Positions 51,180 to 63,481 of a DNA stretch of 64,000 bases are shown one piece after another. Origin of the DNA: Mobula hypostoma (lineage: Eukaryota); NCBI RefSeq assembly GCF_963921235.1, contig NC_086097.1, positions 99,140,001 to 99,204,000 on the forward strand, given 5' to 3'. Numbering within the stretch: the first letter of the stretch is position 1; each line of letters begins with the position of its first letter. The notes beneath the pieces are model-generated. The model had not been told where the DNA came from. It saw only the letters and a program-made list of their open reading frames with translations, and ran no database searches. The position numbers and the translations under genes were made by a program.

Positions 51180-51740
51180 TTATATTGTGTTTCGACTTCC
51201 CATTCCCATTCTGACTTTCTGTCCATGGCCTCCTTTCCTGCTATAAATGAGTCCAAACTTGGGTTGGAGGAGCAACACTTCATATTCGGTCTGGGTATCC
51301 TTCAATCCAAGCATGAATTTTTTCAGGTTCCAGTAATTTCTTCCCTCTCCTTCATTCTCTTTTTTTCCATTCCCCATTCTGTTATTCTCTTACCTCTTCT
51401 CTTCTTCTCACTTGCTCATCGCCTCCCTCTGGTTCCCTCCTCCTTCCCTTTCTCCCATGGTCCAGGTCCACTGTCTACTCCTATCAGATTCTTCCTTCTC
51501 CAGCCTTTTACCTCTTCCATCTATCACCTGCCAGCTTCTCACTTCATCCTCCTCCCCCACATACTCACCTCACCCTCACTTGGTCTCACTAGTTTGCACA
51601 CATTCCCCTCCCCCAACCTTCTTATTCTGGCTGCTGCTCACTCCTTTTCCAGACCCGATGAAGAGTCTCAGCCCAAAACATCCCCATAAATGTGCCTGAT
51701 CTGCTGAGTTCCTCCAGATTTCCAGCATCCAAAGATTCTC
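51180..51740 (+). mobile_element. Penelope-like element fragment
   Basis: KLGLEEQHFIFGLGILQ (GIY-YIG C-terminus), a pyrimidine-rich UTR, a decayed cccgatgaagagtctcagcccaaaac motif and ctgctgagttcctccag. Confidence 0.7.
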
Positions 51741-52639
51741 TTGTTTTTATGTTTGTTTGTTCATGTTTTCTCATCCTTTCTATTTGTCCTCATCAACCAG
51801 AAATCTTCAGTAGCAGCTCATCACTATCACAAGCATGGCCTACCCCGTCCTTTGTCCATTTACCTATCCATTCCCTAAACGACCCTTATCTTCTCTCCTT
51901 CCCTAACCTGATGGAGGGTTTTCAAACTGAACCATTATGTTTTGTTTTCAGCTCCATATACACTGCCAATCTCTTGAATTCTCCAACGTTTTCTGTTTTT
52001 ATTTCAGATTTCCAGTATTTTTGATTACCATTCTCAGACGAAACGTTCCTTTAGCAAAACTGTGCAGTTAACAATTCAGCAACATTGTTCTTGATTAGCC
52101 ATTGCTCTAAATGAAGGTTTATATTGTCATTCAGAAATTATTCCAATAATTCACTCACCAGTGTAGTTAGCTTTAGGGGGTCTGTACTTAATTAGTTCAG
52201 CACTCTCTGACCTTTCAAACAATGGTACATTTGCAGCTCTCCAGCACAATGTTATAAACAGAAAGGTTGAAAAAACTATAGATACAGCCTTTGCATGTTC
52301 CTCCTTTGACTCTTTTAACAGCTTGGAATGTATTTCACATTGACCTGGTAGTTTCAATGTTTCAGGAACAGCTTCTTGCCCTATGCCATCAGATTTTTGA
52401 ATGGTCCATGGGCCCTTCAACACTACCTCACTAGCTTGCTGTCTCGTGGAAATACTTATTCATTTATTTTACATTTCTTCTTGTAACTTTCAGTAATTTG
52501 CATGTACTGCACCGTATGACGGCTGCAAAACAACAAATATCATGGCACGTCAGTGATAATAAATCTCATTCTGATCCTGATTCAAAGATGTCAAATCCCT
52601 TAAACCACTGGTTTAGCCAAGTCAATGGTTCATCTATTT

Positions 52640-55600
52640 AGACCATAAGATATAGGAGCAGAATTAGGCCATTCGGTCCATCGAGTCTGCTCCACCATTC
52701 CATCATGGCTGATTTATTATCCCTCTCATCCCATTCCCCTGCCTTCTCCCTGTAACCTTTGACATCCTGACTAATCAAGAACTTATTAACCTCCACTTTA
52801 TATATACCCAATGAGCTGGCTTGCATAGCTGTCTATGACAACAAATTCCACAGATCTACTACCTTCTGGCTAAAGTCATTTTTGCTCATCCCTGTTCTAA
52901 ACGGACATCCCTCTGTTCTGAGGCCGTGCCCTCTAGTCCTAGACTCACCCACTGCAGGAAACATCCTCTCCACATCCACTCTGTCTGTGCCCTCTGGTCC
53001 GAGACTCCCCACTGCAGGAAACATCCTCTCCACATCCACTCTGTCTGTGCCCTCTGGTCCTAGACTCACCCACTGCAGGAAACATCCTCTCCACATCCAC
53101 TCTGTCTGTGCCCCCTGGTCCTAGACTCACCCACTGAAGGAAACATCCTCTCCACATCCACTCTGTCTGTGCCCTCTGGTCCGAGACTCCCCACTGCAGG
53201 AAACATCCTCTCCACATCCGCTCTGTCTGTGCCCTCTGGTCCTAGACTCACCCACTGCAGGAAACATCCTCTCCACATCCGCTCTGTCTGTGCCCTCTGG
53301 TCCTAGACTCACCCACTGCAGGAAACATCCTCTCCACATCCGCTCTGTCTGTGCCCTCTGGTCCTAGACTCACCCACTGCAGGAAACATCCTCTCCACAT
53401 CCACTCTGTCTGTGCCCTCTGGTCCTAGACTCACCCACTGCAGGAAACATCCTCCCCACATCCACTCTGTCTGTGCCCTCTGGTCCTAGACTCACCCACT
53501 GCAGGAAACATCCTCTCCACATCCACTCTGTCTGTGCCCTCTGGTCCTAGACTCCCCACTGCAGGAAACATCCTCTCCACATCCACTCTGTCTGTGCCCC
53601 CTGGTCCTAGACTCCCCACTGCAGGAAACATCCTCTCCACATCCACTCTGTCTGTGCCCTCTGGTCCTAGACTCACCCACTGCAGGAAACATCCTCTCCA
53701 CATCCACTCTGTCTGTGCCCCCTGGTCCTAGACTCACCCACTGAAGGAAACATCCTCTCCACATCCACTCTGTCTGTGCCCTCTGGTCCTAGACTCACCC
53801 ACTGCAGGAAACATCCTCTCCACATCCACTCTGTCTGTGCCCCCTGGTCCTAGACTCACCCACTGAAGGAAACATCCTCTCCACATCCACTCTGTCTGTG
53901 CCCTCTGGTCCGAGACTCCCCACTGCAGGAAACATCCTCTCCACATCCGCTCTGTCTGTGCCCTCTGGTCCTAGACTCACCCACTGCAGGAAACATCCTC
54001 TCCACATCCGCTCTGTCTGTGCCCTCTGGTCCTAGACTCACCCACTGCAGGAAACATCCTCTCCACATCCGCTCTGTCTGTGCCCTCTGGTCCTAGACTC
54101 ACCCACTGCAGGAAACATCCTCTCCACATCCACTCTGTCTGTGCCCTCTGGTCCTAGACTCACCCACTGCAGGAAACATCCTCCCCACATCCACTCTGTC
54201 TGTGCCCTCTGGTCCTAGACTCACCCACTGCAGGAAACATCCTCTCCACATCCACTCTGTCTGTGCCCTCTGGTCCTAGACTCCCCACTGCAGGAAACAT
54301 CCTCTCCACATCCACTCTGTCTGTGCCCCCTGGTCCTAGACTCCCCACTGCAGGAAACATCCTCTCCACATCCACTCTGTCTGTGCCCTCTGGTCCTAGA
54401 CTCACCCACTGCAGGAAACATCCTCTCCACATCCACTCTGTCTGTGCCCTCTGGTCCTAGACTCCCCACTGCAGGAAACATCCTCTCCACATTCACTCTG
54501 TCTGTGCCCTCTGGTCCTAGACTCCCCACTGCAGGAAACATCCTCTCCACATCCGCTCTGTCTGTGCCCTCTGGTCCTAGACTCACCCACTGCAGGAAAC
54601 ATCCTCTCCACATCCACTCTGTCTGTGCCCTCTGGTCCTAGACTCCCCACTGCAGGAAACATCCTCTCCACATTCACTCTGTCTGTGCCCTCTGGTCCTA
54701 GACTCACCCACTGCAGGAAACATCCTCTCCACATCCGCTCTGTCTGTGCCCTCTGGTCCTAGACTCACCCACTGCAGGAAACATCCTCTCCACATCCACT
54801 CTGTCTGTGCCCTCTGGTCCTAGACTCCCCACTGCAGGAAACATCCTCTGTGCATCCACTCTGTCTGTGCCCTCTGGTCCTAGACTCACCCACTGCAGGA
54901 AACATCCTCTCCACATCCACTCTGTCTGTGCCCTCTGGTCCTAGACTCCCCACTGCAGGAAACATCCTCTCCACATCCGCTCTGTCTGTGCCCTCTGGTC
55001 ATAGACTCACCCACTGCAGGAAACATCCTCTCCACATCCGCTCTGTCTGTGCCCTCTGGTCCTAGACTCACCCACTGCAGGAAACATCCTCTCCACATCC
55101 GCTCTGTCTGTGCCCTCTGGTCCTAGACTCACCCACTGCAGGAAACATCCTCTGCGCATCCGCTCTGTCTGTGCCCCCTGGTCCTAGACTCACCCACTGC
55201 AGGAAACATCCTCTGCGCATCCGCTCTGTCTGTGCCCTCTGGTCCTAGACTCACCCACTGCAGGAAACATCCTCTCCACATCCGCTCTGTCTGTGCCCTC
55301 TGGTCCTAGACTCACCCACTGCAGGAAACATCCTCTCCACATCTGCTCTGTCTGTGCCCTCTGGTCCTAGACTCACCCACTGCAGGAAACATCCTCCCCA
55401 CATCCACTCTGTCTGTGCCCTCTGGTCCTAGACTCACCCACTGCAGGAAACATCCTCTCCACATCTGCTCTGTCTGTGCCCTCTGGTCCTAGACTCCCCA
55501 CTGCAGGAAACATCCTCTCCACATCCGCTCTGTCTGTGCCCTCTGGTCCTAGACTCACCCACTGCAGGAAACATCCTCTCCACATCCGCTCTGTCTGTGC

Positions 55601-55750
55601 CCTCTGGTCCTAGACTCACCCACTGCAGGAAACATCCTCTGCCCGCACATCCTGTGCTGAATATGGAGCCCAAAATTGCTGACAACTCTCTGAATGTGGT
55701 ATGACCAGTACCTTATAAAGTCTTGGAATTACATCCTTGCTTTTATTTCC
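52640..55750 (-). mobile_element. CR1 3' fragment carrying an internal tandem expansion
   Basis: CR1 terminus at 52640; ORF2 C-terminal sequence on both sides of the array. Confidence 0.8.
52926..55640. repeat. 60/61-bp minisatellite (about 44-45 copies) derived from CR1 ORF2
   Basis: Unit GTGCCCTCTGGTCCTAGACTC(A)CCCACTGCAGGAAACATCCTCTCCACATCCACTCTGTCT; its reverse reads TDRVDVERMFPAVGESRTRGH. Confidence 0.97.
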
Positions 55751-56167
55751 TGCATAAGTACATGATCATCATCATTCCCACTCTTTTATGAAGACCCTGG
55801 CAAAATATAAACACCCTTCCCTCTCTCTGCCACCTCCATACTCAGGTGATATTTTTGGCTCATTACAGGCCATTTACTTCCCTTTTTTATGTGCATAAGT
55901 TGTAGAAAAAATTACAGACATTAGAAGCTGAAAATGCAGCCTCCTGCAGTGGGTTAATTAAATTCAGGTATTCCCAAGAGGCCAGACCTGGAATATTTCA
56001 AAGGATTGTTGGCAGTTGCAAATTTAGGAAGGGGTTTGAACATGAAGTAAGAGAGGCTTTAATCTGAGATAGTTGGTGATTTAACAGTCTGAATTACTGG
56101 ATTTAAATACTTGTGTTTTCAGCTAACAGGGGCACTTGAGAGCAGCTCAAGGCTTCTTCCATCTCAC

Positions 56168-56368
56168 CTGCTTTATTGTCAGAGCAGCCTGAAGTCGTGT
56201 GTGCCAGTTCGACATCTCATCCTTTAGTTGCTGCCATTGATTCTGAAGAGTGGCCACCCATTTCCTCATCTCCCTCTTGTTGCTCAGGTTCTGCTGGCAA
56301 AGCTCCTGGCCCTTTCTCACCACTGAGAAACAGATAGACTGCCGGGAGTTACACTCAGCCTCCATTGC
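56168..56368 (-). CDS. SPTBN5: SPTBN5 exon: AMEAECNSRQ...LQAALTIKQ
   Basis: Acceptor tcccaccag|, donor CAG|gtgaga; 201 nt, phase 0 to 0. Confidence 0.92.
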
Positions 56369-56484
56369 CTGGTGGGAAATACAATCAGTAGAGCAAGGTG
56401 GAGTCAACTTGGTACCAGTTGCAAGTCTGTCACACTCCCTCTACACAACCATTCCACACTTGGGTACTAATTGCTCCAGTACAG

Positions 56485-56897
56485 TGTCACAACAACGGAT
56501 TCGGCAGCGCAGCAGATACGGCAATTGCGCTCATAAATATGCCCGTGTCAGCTAATTATTATTTCCTTGTAATAGTATTTAACTCCATTCTTTCTGTGGT
56601 AGTGCTTGTTGAGACTTGTACAAAGCACAGCAATGCTTCACTGCCTGCTTGCATTCGGCCTTGCCTGAGAAATTGGACTGTCAAGTCAACTGACTCTGAA
56701 GACTAGCAGTATTCGTTTTATATTTAGTTATTCTTTTCAGCCGCAGTGTAGGCTTTGTTTTCCATTTGAGAGTTTTAGTTAACGGCCCCCTTTGGCCTAG
56801 AATTTATTGTTTTTTTTCCCCTCTAACTCTGTTTGCATTAAAGTCTGTGAACTATCTACCCATCTCCGCATTTGGGCCATATCCGAACTTGGTGACA
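56485..56897 (+). mobile_element. Probable solo LTR (about 413 bp)
   Basis: TGTCAC...GTGACA inverted termini and ATTAAA at about 56838; no matching TSD (ACAG vs CACA). Confidence 0.5.
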
Positions 56898-57260
56898 CAC
56901 ATTCATTACACTCTCAGATACAAGATCACTCATCACAATCACTGAGCCTTCAGGACAGGAGCTTCTGTACCAACTAACTCCATACCGACCTCACCTCCTG
57001 TATCAGGCTTACCCACACTGTGGAAAAGTCACTGTGGGATCAAATCTAACATATCTAGTATCCCCACACCACCTCCAGGGTCAAATCTGTCATATTAGTT
57101 ACACATGAACTCCTGTATTCAATTCCGATTTATTCCACACGGTGGAGTGGGATTAGCAACCCCATCACACACTGAGATTGTGAGATTCTGGCTCACTACA
57201 CTTGTGAGCTGACTCACAGTTTCCTCGTCAATCACATGTCACGGAGATCCACGTGGGTAC

Positions 57261-57414
57261 CTTGTGCTTTTGAATGGACACTGCAATCTGGGTGATGTCA
57301 CGCCCTAACGTCGCAGTTCGCACCAGCTGCCACTTCTCGTAGATCCACGACTCCTCCTCTTCGCAGTCCCGGAAAAACTCAAACAATATCTGCTGCTGCT
57401 GCAGTTTGGCTTGT
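57261..57414 (-). CDS. SPTBN5: SPTBN5 exon: RQAKLQQQQILFEFFRDCEEEESWIYEKWQ...IQKHK
   Basis: Acceptor ctaatacag|, donor AAG|gtaccc; 154 nt, phase 2 to 0. Not in the ORF track in this frame. Confidence 0.92.
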
Positions 57415-57764
57415 CTGTATTAGCAAGAGAAGTGAAACTGCTGTTAATAAGACCTGACACCACTACTGGTCGTGTGGTGAGTCCTGGGATCTGTAAAACC
57501 AAGTCCCAGTCACAGTGAACTCCAACAATAGCGGATTCCAGAAACGGACTTCCAGATCTCTTTGGGTTATGGACTCCCCCTCACTGTAAATATGTATGAA
57601 GGACCAAGCAACAGTGACATCTATAAGGCCCAGTTAATTGTGGACCCTAAACACCACAGATCTCAACATCTGACACAGCAGGTACTGGCAATTCCACCGT
57701 GAGCCTCAGTAACAGCAGATTCTAGTAACTGTCTTCTCCATAACTGTGGGTCTCAAAAATACAG

Positions 57765-58410
57765 GTAACACAGCACAATGCTGGAGGAACTCAGCTGGCC
57801 AGGAAGCCTCTATCGAAAAGAGAAAACAGTTGCCGTTTCGGGCCAAGGCTCTTGATCAGGACTGGAAAATAGAGATGGGAAGTCAGAGTAAGAAGGTGGG
57901 GGTAGGGGAAGAAGGTGGTAGGTGATAGGTGAAACGGGGGGAGGGGGAGGGGTGAAGTAAAGAGCTGGGAAGTCCATTGGTGAAAGAGATAACGGGCTGG
58001 AGAAGGAGGAATCTGAAAAGAAAGGACAGAAGGCCATGGAACAAAAGAGCAGGGCTCACCGATATACAGGAGGCCACACTGATTTAGGTGACTCTAACAG
58101 ACTCACAGGTGAAGTGTTGCCTTGTCTGGAAGGACTGTTTGGGGCCCTGAATGATAGTGAGGGAGGAGGTGCAGAGGCAGGTGTAGAACTTGTTCTGTTT
58201 GCAAGTGTAAGGGGTTTCTTCTTTTATGTTACTGAGTAGTCTAATTAAAATGGCTTCTTTGTTATGTTAACTGCTGAGAAAGTCCTCCTGCTATCAGTTT
58301 GTTTGGATTATGTTACTGATAAGAGGATGAACGAACCAATTGGGATATATGTTATTCTTTCTGTGTGTCTGTAAGTTATTGTGATGCGCGGGTTTTGGGG
58401 CAGAAGGCGC

Positions 58411-58445
<35 letters not shown>

Positions 58446-58930
58446 GACAAGGTGCTGTGAGTTGGCTAACGGGGTCGGATCCCAAGCAGGAGTGCGAGGT
58501 CCAGGGTGTTCGGCGAGGAGAGGAGATGGAGACAGACTCGTGTGGAGCGTCTGGTCGACCACCGTTGTTGGTCCCAGGTGGCAGATCTAGGTGGTCCGAG
58601 GGGATCGCAGAGTGAAGAAGGAGAGTCCTGAGCTCCAACTGTTTGTGCACAAAGAGATTGAATTTTGATAAGTGTGGTGTCTTTTATTTTCCTTTTATAT
58701 TTTATTCTCTATTAATTATATAGTTCCAGTAATATCTATAAACTGTAATTAATTTAATCATATCTGGTGTATTGTCTGTTATTTGGGCGGGGTGCGGTAC
58801 ATCACACAGCATCCACACAAACTAATTACCCAGGTTGACGGGGCCGAGGGCTGTTTCCCTAGACGACAGCGAGCTGAGCGACCCTGAGGCTGGCCAGGGG
58901 GGCTACACAAGGATAAGTGCCAGGAGGGTT
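57765..58930 (-). mobile_element. Penelope-like element fragment split by a solo LTR
   Basis: atgctggaggaactcagc...gtttcgggccaagg; caggtgaagtgttgcct...ctgtttggggccctgaat matches 23938-23983. Confidence 0.7.
58206..58907 (-). mobile_element. Solo LTR (702 bp) with 4-bp TSD CAAG
   Basis: TGTA...TACA termini; CAAG at 58202-58205 and 58908-58911; AATAAA on the minus strand at 58683-58688 and 58701-58706. Confidence 0.85.
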
Positions 58931-59130
58931 CATTTATAACAAATCCTGATCACCACGAGCTCAGGTAGAGTGGAAGTTAATACCAGTGGGTGGTGGTAGT
59001 TTTCCCAAATCTGAACAAGCTCATTGGATGTAGGTCTTTTTGACTATAAGCTTAAAAAGGCCCACAAAGCTTGTATCCAGTCTGTTATTCAAGCAACATC
59101 TGCAACGTTTTACCACGGGCGCTGCCTAAC

Positions 59131-59363
59131 CTGGCTTTGCTGAGTTCCAGGAGATTGCTGTAAAGGTCATTGAGTGCCTTGAGTTTCCTTTTGACTATAT
59201 CAGTCTTTAGTTCACTGCATCTCCTGAGATCACTGGCTCTCTGGTTGATGTGCTTCAGGGTTTCCCCATGATATGAGATCTGAGAGACGATCAGGTTGTG
59301 CTTCTGTGCCATGTCCACCACATCAAACAGGTGCTTGCCACAGTCTTCTGAACTCATCGCCGA
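59131..59363 (-). CDS. SPTBN5: SPTBN5 exon: SAMSSEDCGKHLFDVVD...LELSKAR
   Basis: Acceptor gcttacag|, donor AG|gttagg; 233 nt, phase 0 to 2; S-D-GKHL motif. Confidence 0.92.
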
Positions 59364-59574
59364 CTGTAAGCGGGAAGAGAAGTGAGAATTGAACCACTGG
59401 AGTTTTTAGTGCACTGTCAGAGTGTTAACATTTTCATTGCTGCATCTATGAAAGGATTAAACTTTTGTTTAAGATAAAATCAATTTTAAATGTGTCTTTC
59501 CTCTACTTCTGACCCCCGTCCTGAAAAGCAAGAGATTTCGGGCCTGTGCAAAAAGCTTGTGGCTCCTCCTGAAA

Positions 59575-60850
59575 CCAGAATCAGGTTTATTATTGTTGCT
59601 ATTTGTTGTGAAATGTATTGTTCAGCAGCAGTACAATGCAAAACAAAAGTTAATATAGGTTATGAAAATAAGTAAACAGTGCAAAGAGGAATAACGAGGA
59701 GGTGCTCCTGGGGTTCTAGGACCATTCGGAAATATGATGGTGAAGGGAAAGGAGGTGTTTCTAAAATGTTAAGTGTAGGTCTTCAGGCTCCTGTACCTCC
59801 TTCTCAATGGTAATAATGAGATGAGGGCACGTCATGCAGGGTGAGAGTTCTTGATGATGGATGCCACCTTTCTGAGGCACTGCTTCGTGAAGATGTCATC
59901 AGCGGAGGGTCAGCATCTGAGATTTTGCCAAAAACTGGTGAATTTATAGACGGTGCTTGAGCTGTGTGTAGCCACAACATCAGGAACATGGAGGGAGTAG
60001 AGCAGTGGACTAAGCACACATCGTTGTGGTGTGCCTGTGTTGATTGTTAGCAAGGGGGAAATGATATTACTGATCTGAAGTGTTTGTGGTCTCCTGATAA
60101 GGAAGTTGAGGACACAATTGCTGAGGGAGGGGCAGAGGCCCTGGTTTTGAAGCTTGTTGATTAGTACCGCAGGGATGATGGTGTTAAAAGCTAAGCTGTA
60201 ACATATGTCTTCTATCTAAGTTTCATTTTCCCGATGCCCTATGTATTTCTGAGGAATTTGCAAGACAATGGAAGACAAACTTGACAAAATTTTGACAAAC
60301 TACAATTCAGGAATTACTACATAAATTCAACGGAGAGGAATGAGGATCAGAATCAAACACACGAGATTCTGCAGACGCTGGAACTCCAGAGCAGCACACA
60401 CAGGATGCTGGAGGAGCTCAGCAGCTCAGGCAGCGTCCATGGAGAGGAATAAGCAGCTGATGTTTTAGGCCAAGACCCTTCACCAGGACTAAGTGTATTA
60501 TCACTGACATATATCAAGAAATTTCTTGTTTTGTACAGTGCTGGACATAAAGGTCACTGTAAATTGCAATATTATAAATAGTGTTCATGGACAATCCAGA
60601 AATCTGAAAGTGGAGGAAAAGAAGCTGTTGCTGAAAAGTCTTCAGACTCCTGTACCTTCTCCCTGATGGTATTACTGAGAAGAGAGCATTTCCTAAATGA
60701 CAAAGGTCCTTAATGATGAATGCCAAGTTCTTGAAGCACTGTCCTTGGTCGGGAAGACTGGCCTGTGATGGAGCCTTTTGTGATCCTGCACATTGGAGCG
60801 TCCCTACCAGGCAGTGATGCAGCTAATCAGAATGTTCTCCGTCGTGGAAC
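59575..60850 (-). mobile_element. Decayed Rex1/Babar-type fragments with an embedded Penelope-like terminal piece (about 60355-60490)
   Basis: gaatcaggtttatt tail; reverse translation AFIIKDLCH.GNALFSVIPSGRRYRSLK. Confidence 0.65.
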
Positions 60851-61154
60851 ATGGAGGACAAGAACATTTTATGAGGACAAATATATAGTTCCAGTACATG
60901 TAAATGTAGATGACAAACCTATTAAAAGGCAAACAGCATTTTGGGATTAATCATTTGAGGCGTAGTGTGTAATAGTTATAACAATCTTGCATACTGCAAT
61001 GGATAATTAATTTAATATAATATGGAGTGTGCTTGCAGTAGAGTGTGTCTGGGTAAACCCTTTGATCACACGAGGCAATGGATGAAACAGGCTACAGAAT
61101 CCTTTTTTAGTTCTGCTTTCATGATGAGCTATGAACTGTAAAATGCAATCATTC

Positions 61155-61754
61155 TGTAAAGATTCCAGGCATTTGCGTCAGGGTCACTAGCTAACTCCAG
61201 TTCAGGAATCGCAGAGACTTCAGAAATTCAAACAAAACAACAGATTTATTACTGAAATTAATAACAAAACTACAATAACTCGGACAAACTCTACAGGATC
61301 TTGAAGGACTGAGATCACTCATGAAACACAGAAGAAGTCAGTAAGAGTTTCAGCAGAAAAGCATCTTCACTGATGGAGCAAAGAGGGTTTGGCAAGCCCC
61401 CTTGAACACGTCGGAGTTCAGGGCAAATCAGACAACGCAGATGACCAGATGAAGCAATAACCCTCAAAGACAATAACTACAATACAAGACATTGAAAATC
61501 CCGCGCTAATTCAATTACCCCAAACTGAATAAAAGTGATAAATACAAAGAGAGCTTAACGATCCCCGTGATCCCAAATGAGACACCTGCAAAACAAAGTG
61601 ACAACCCAGAGCTTGTCCAAAGGCAAGCATTTAGACACAAAAGGTAAACAGCCCTAGGAATATTGCATACCCACGAGGTGACACTGAGAAAATGCAATCC
61701 ACATACTAACTACAAAAAACTTTTCTTTTTTATAAACAACCTCTGATTGTGACA
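61155..61754 (-). mobile_element. Probable solo LTR (about 600 bp)
   Basis: TGT...ACA termini; near-TSD ATTC/ATTT; minus-strand TATA-like signal at about 61730 and AATAAA at about 61245, in LTR order. Confidence 0.45.
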
Positions 61755-62579
61755 ATTTACCTCTTCTATTCTACCTAAAGGCATATACACATATTGATCA
61801 TATCTCCTAACTGACAGCAGTCCTAAACCTGCCCTTATTAGCTGTCTCTATCCCCTTGCTCCCTTAATGAGTTTAACAACATACTCGAGGGCACACAAGA
61901 TCATGGATTTACATCAAGCACCTCTCGGTTTAGCAGACTGCTTTAAAATTGTACAAAAATTATCAAGACATGAAAAATAACAGGACTTCAGCTGTGTAGT
62001 TTGGAGGAAACAGGGTCTCCAACAAAACACTGATGAAGACGTCTTCTGAAATCCACCTAACCCTGGAAAACATTGACAGATGGGTCAATGGAAACACATA
62101 ATTAGTAAAAAAAACTTTAAAAACGAAGCACAATAATTATTCCACAACACTGTACCACAATCCCCGTTCAAGTCAATAGGGTCTTGGATCGTGTGCCATG
62201 TCTACCCGGGGAGAGGTAAGCTCCCCCTGTGGAGCTGGGCAAAAGTGCAAACTGTCCAACTTGTCAGCAAGATTGGGGTTCATCACTACATTTGCTAAAA
62301 CCATAGGCCTCCTGACATTTTAAACAGCTAATTGTCTCAGAACCGTCAGCATTAGCCTGCAGACTTTGGGAACAAATTACTGGCTAGTGCTCACTGCTAG
62401 GTGCTGGAATTTTCCCGCTGAGTACGGCTACAACATTATTGAAGAGTGCTTTATGTGCCCTCGTTGTCCATCATTATTATCTCCCATTCAAGTGAGCAAA
62501 GGACAGGACATGATATTTGTTCTAACTCTATATTCAGAGGTTATTCTTTAGAACAGCTATGATGAATGATGATTCTTAC

Positions 62580-62718
62580 CTGAAAAGTTATTAGCTCTTG
62601 ATAAATGGTGTCTATATCTTGGACTAAAAAGAGTGCAGCTGCCACCTTCTTCAGGGCGGCCTTCTGTTTATCAAGTTCTTGGAGGAGATTTTGCCAGCAA
62701 TCTTCAACATCCTTCTGT
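62580..62718 (-). CDS. SPTBN5: SPTBN5 exon: KQKDVEDCWQNLLQELDKQK...QELITFQ
   Basis: Acceptor ttccctgcag|, donor CAG|gtaaga; 139 nt, phase 2 to 0. Confidence 0.9.
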
Positions 62719-63089
62719 CTGCAGGGAAGCAGAAGATTTCAATTACAGAATTTATATCCCGATTTAACCTCTCTTTTTTTCCACTTTGTCCTGTTACCCC
62801 TGGAATACACACATCCTTTCTTATGGACCTAGCACTAGGTGCGCATATTCAATCCTGGTGGAAGACCACAAAGTACATGTTACTGACTGAGAAGAAAATG
62901 CCTGAGCTCTGGCCCCCAGATGAAGCAGTCATCCCCTCATCTTGCTGACTACTCCTTGACAGGATGGTGGCGAATCAACTGGCCTCTCAGATCCTGAAAG
63001 AACACAGTTTGATCCACTGAATACACAACCTCCCTCACCCCAACCCAGTCCCTGGACAATTAAAAAGTATATTTAACCCGCCCAGTCAC

Positions 63090-63478
63090 TAATAGGCATT
63101 TGGTTCATTTTAACTCCCACTCCTTCTCCTGTTCCATGGACTTCCCTTGTGCCAAGTTGAGGCCACCTTCAAGGTGAAGGAAGTTCTGTCTGGGAACCTT
63201 CAATCTGATGGTATGAATGTTAATTTCTCCTTCCGGTAAAATATTCCACTGTTCCCCACTCTGACCTTTTACTTCTTCTCATCTGCCTATTACTTTTCCC
63301 TGCGTCCCCTCCTCCTTCCCTTTCTCCCATTGTCCACTCTCCTCTCCTGTCAGATTCCTTGTTCTCCAGCCTTCCCTGCCCAGCTGCTTCACCTATCACC
63401 TTCCAGCTAGCCTCTGAATTCAGACAGCTCCCCCTTCCCTCTCTGTCCTGAAGAAGGCTGCAGCCCGAAACGGTGACT
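63090..63478 (+). mobile_element. Penelope-like element fragment ending at a splice donor
   Basis: Decayed HFNSHS...SMD..CQVEATFK...LG.LQSDGMNVNFS, a pyrimidine-rich UTR and CTGAAGA...CCCGAAAC. Confidence 0.7.
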
Positions 63479-63481
63479 TAC

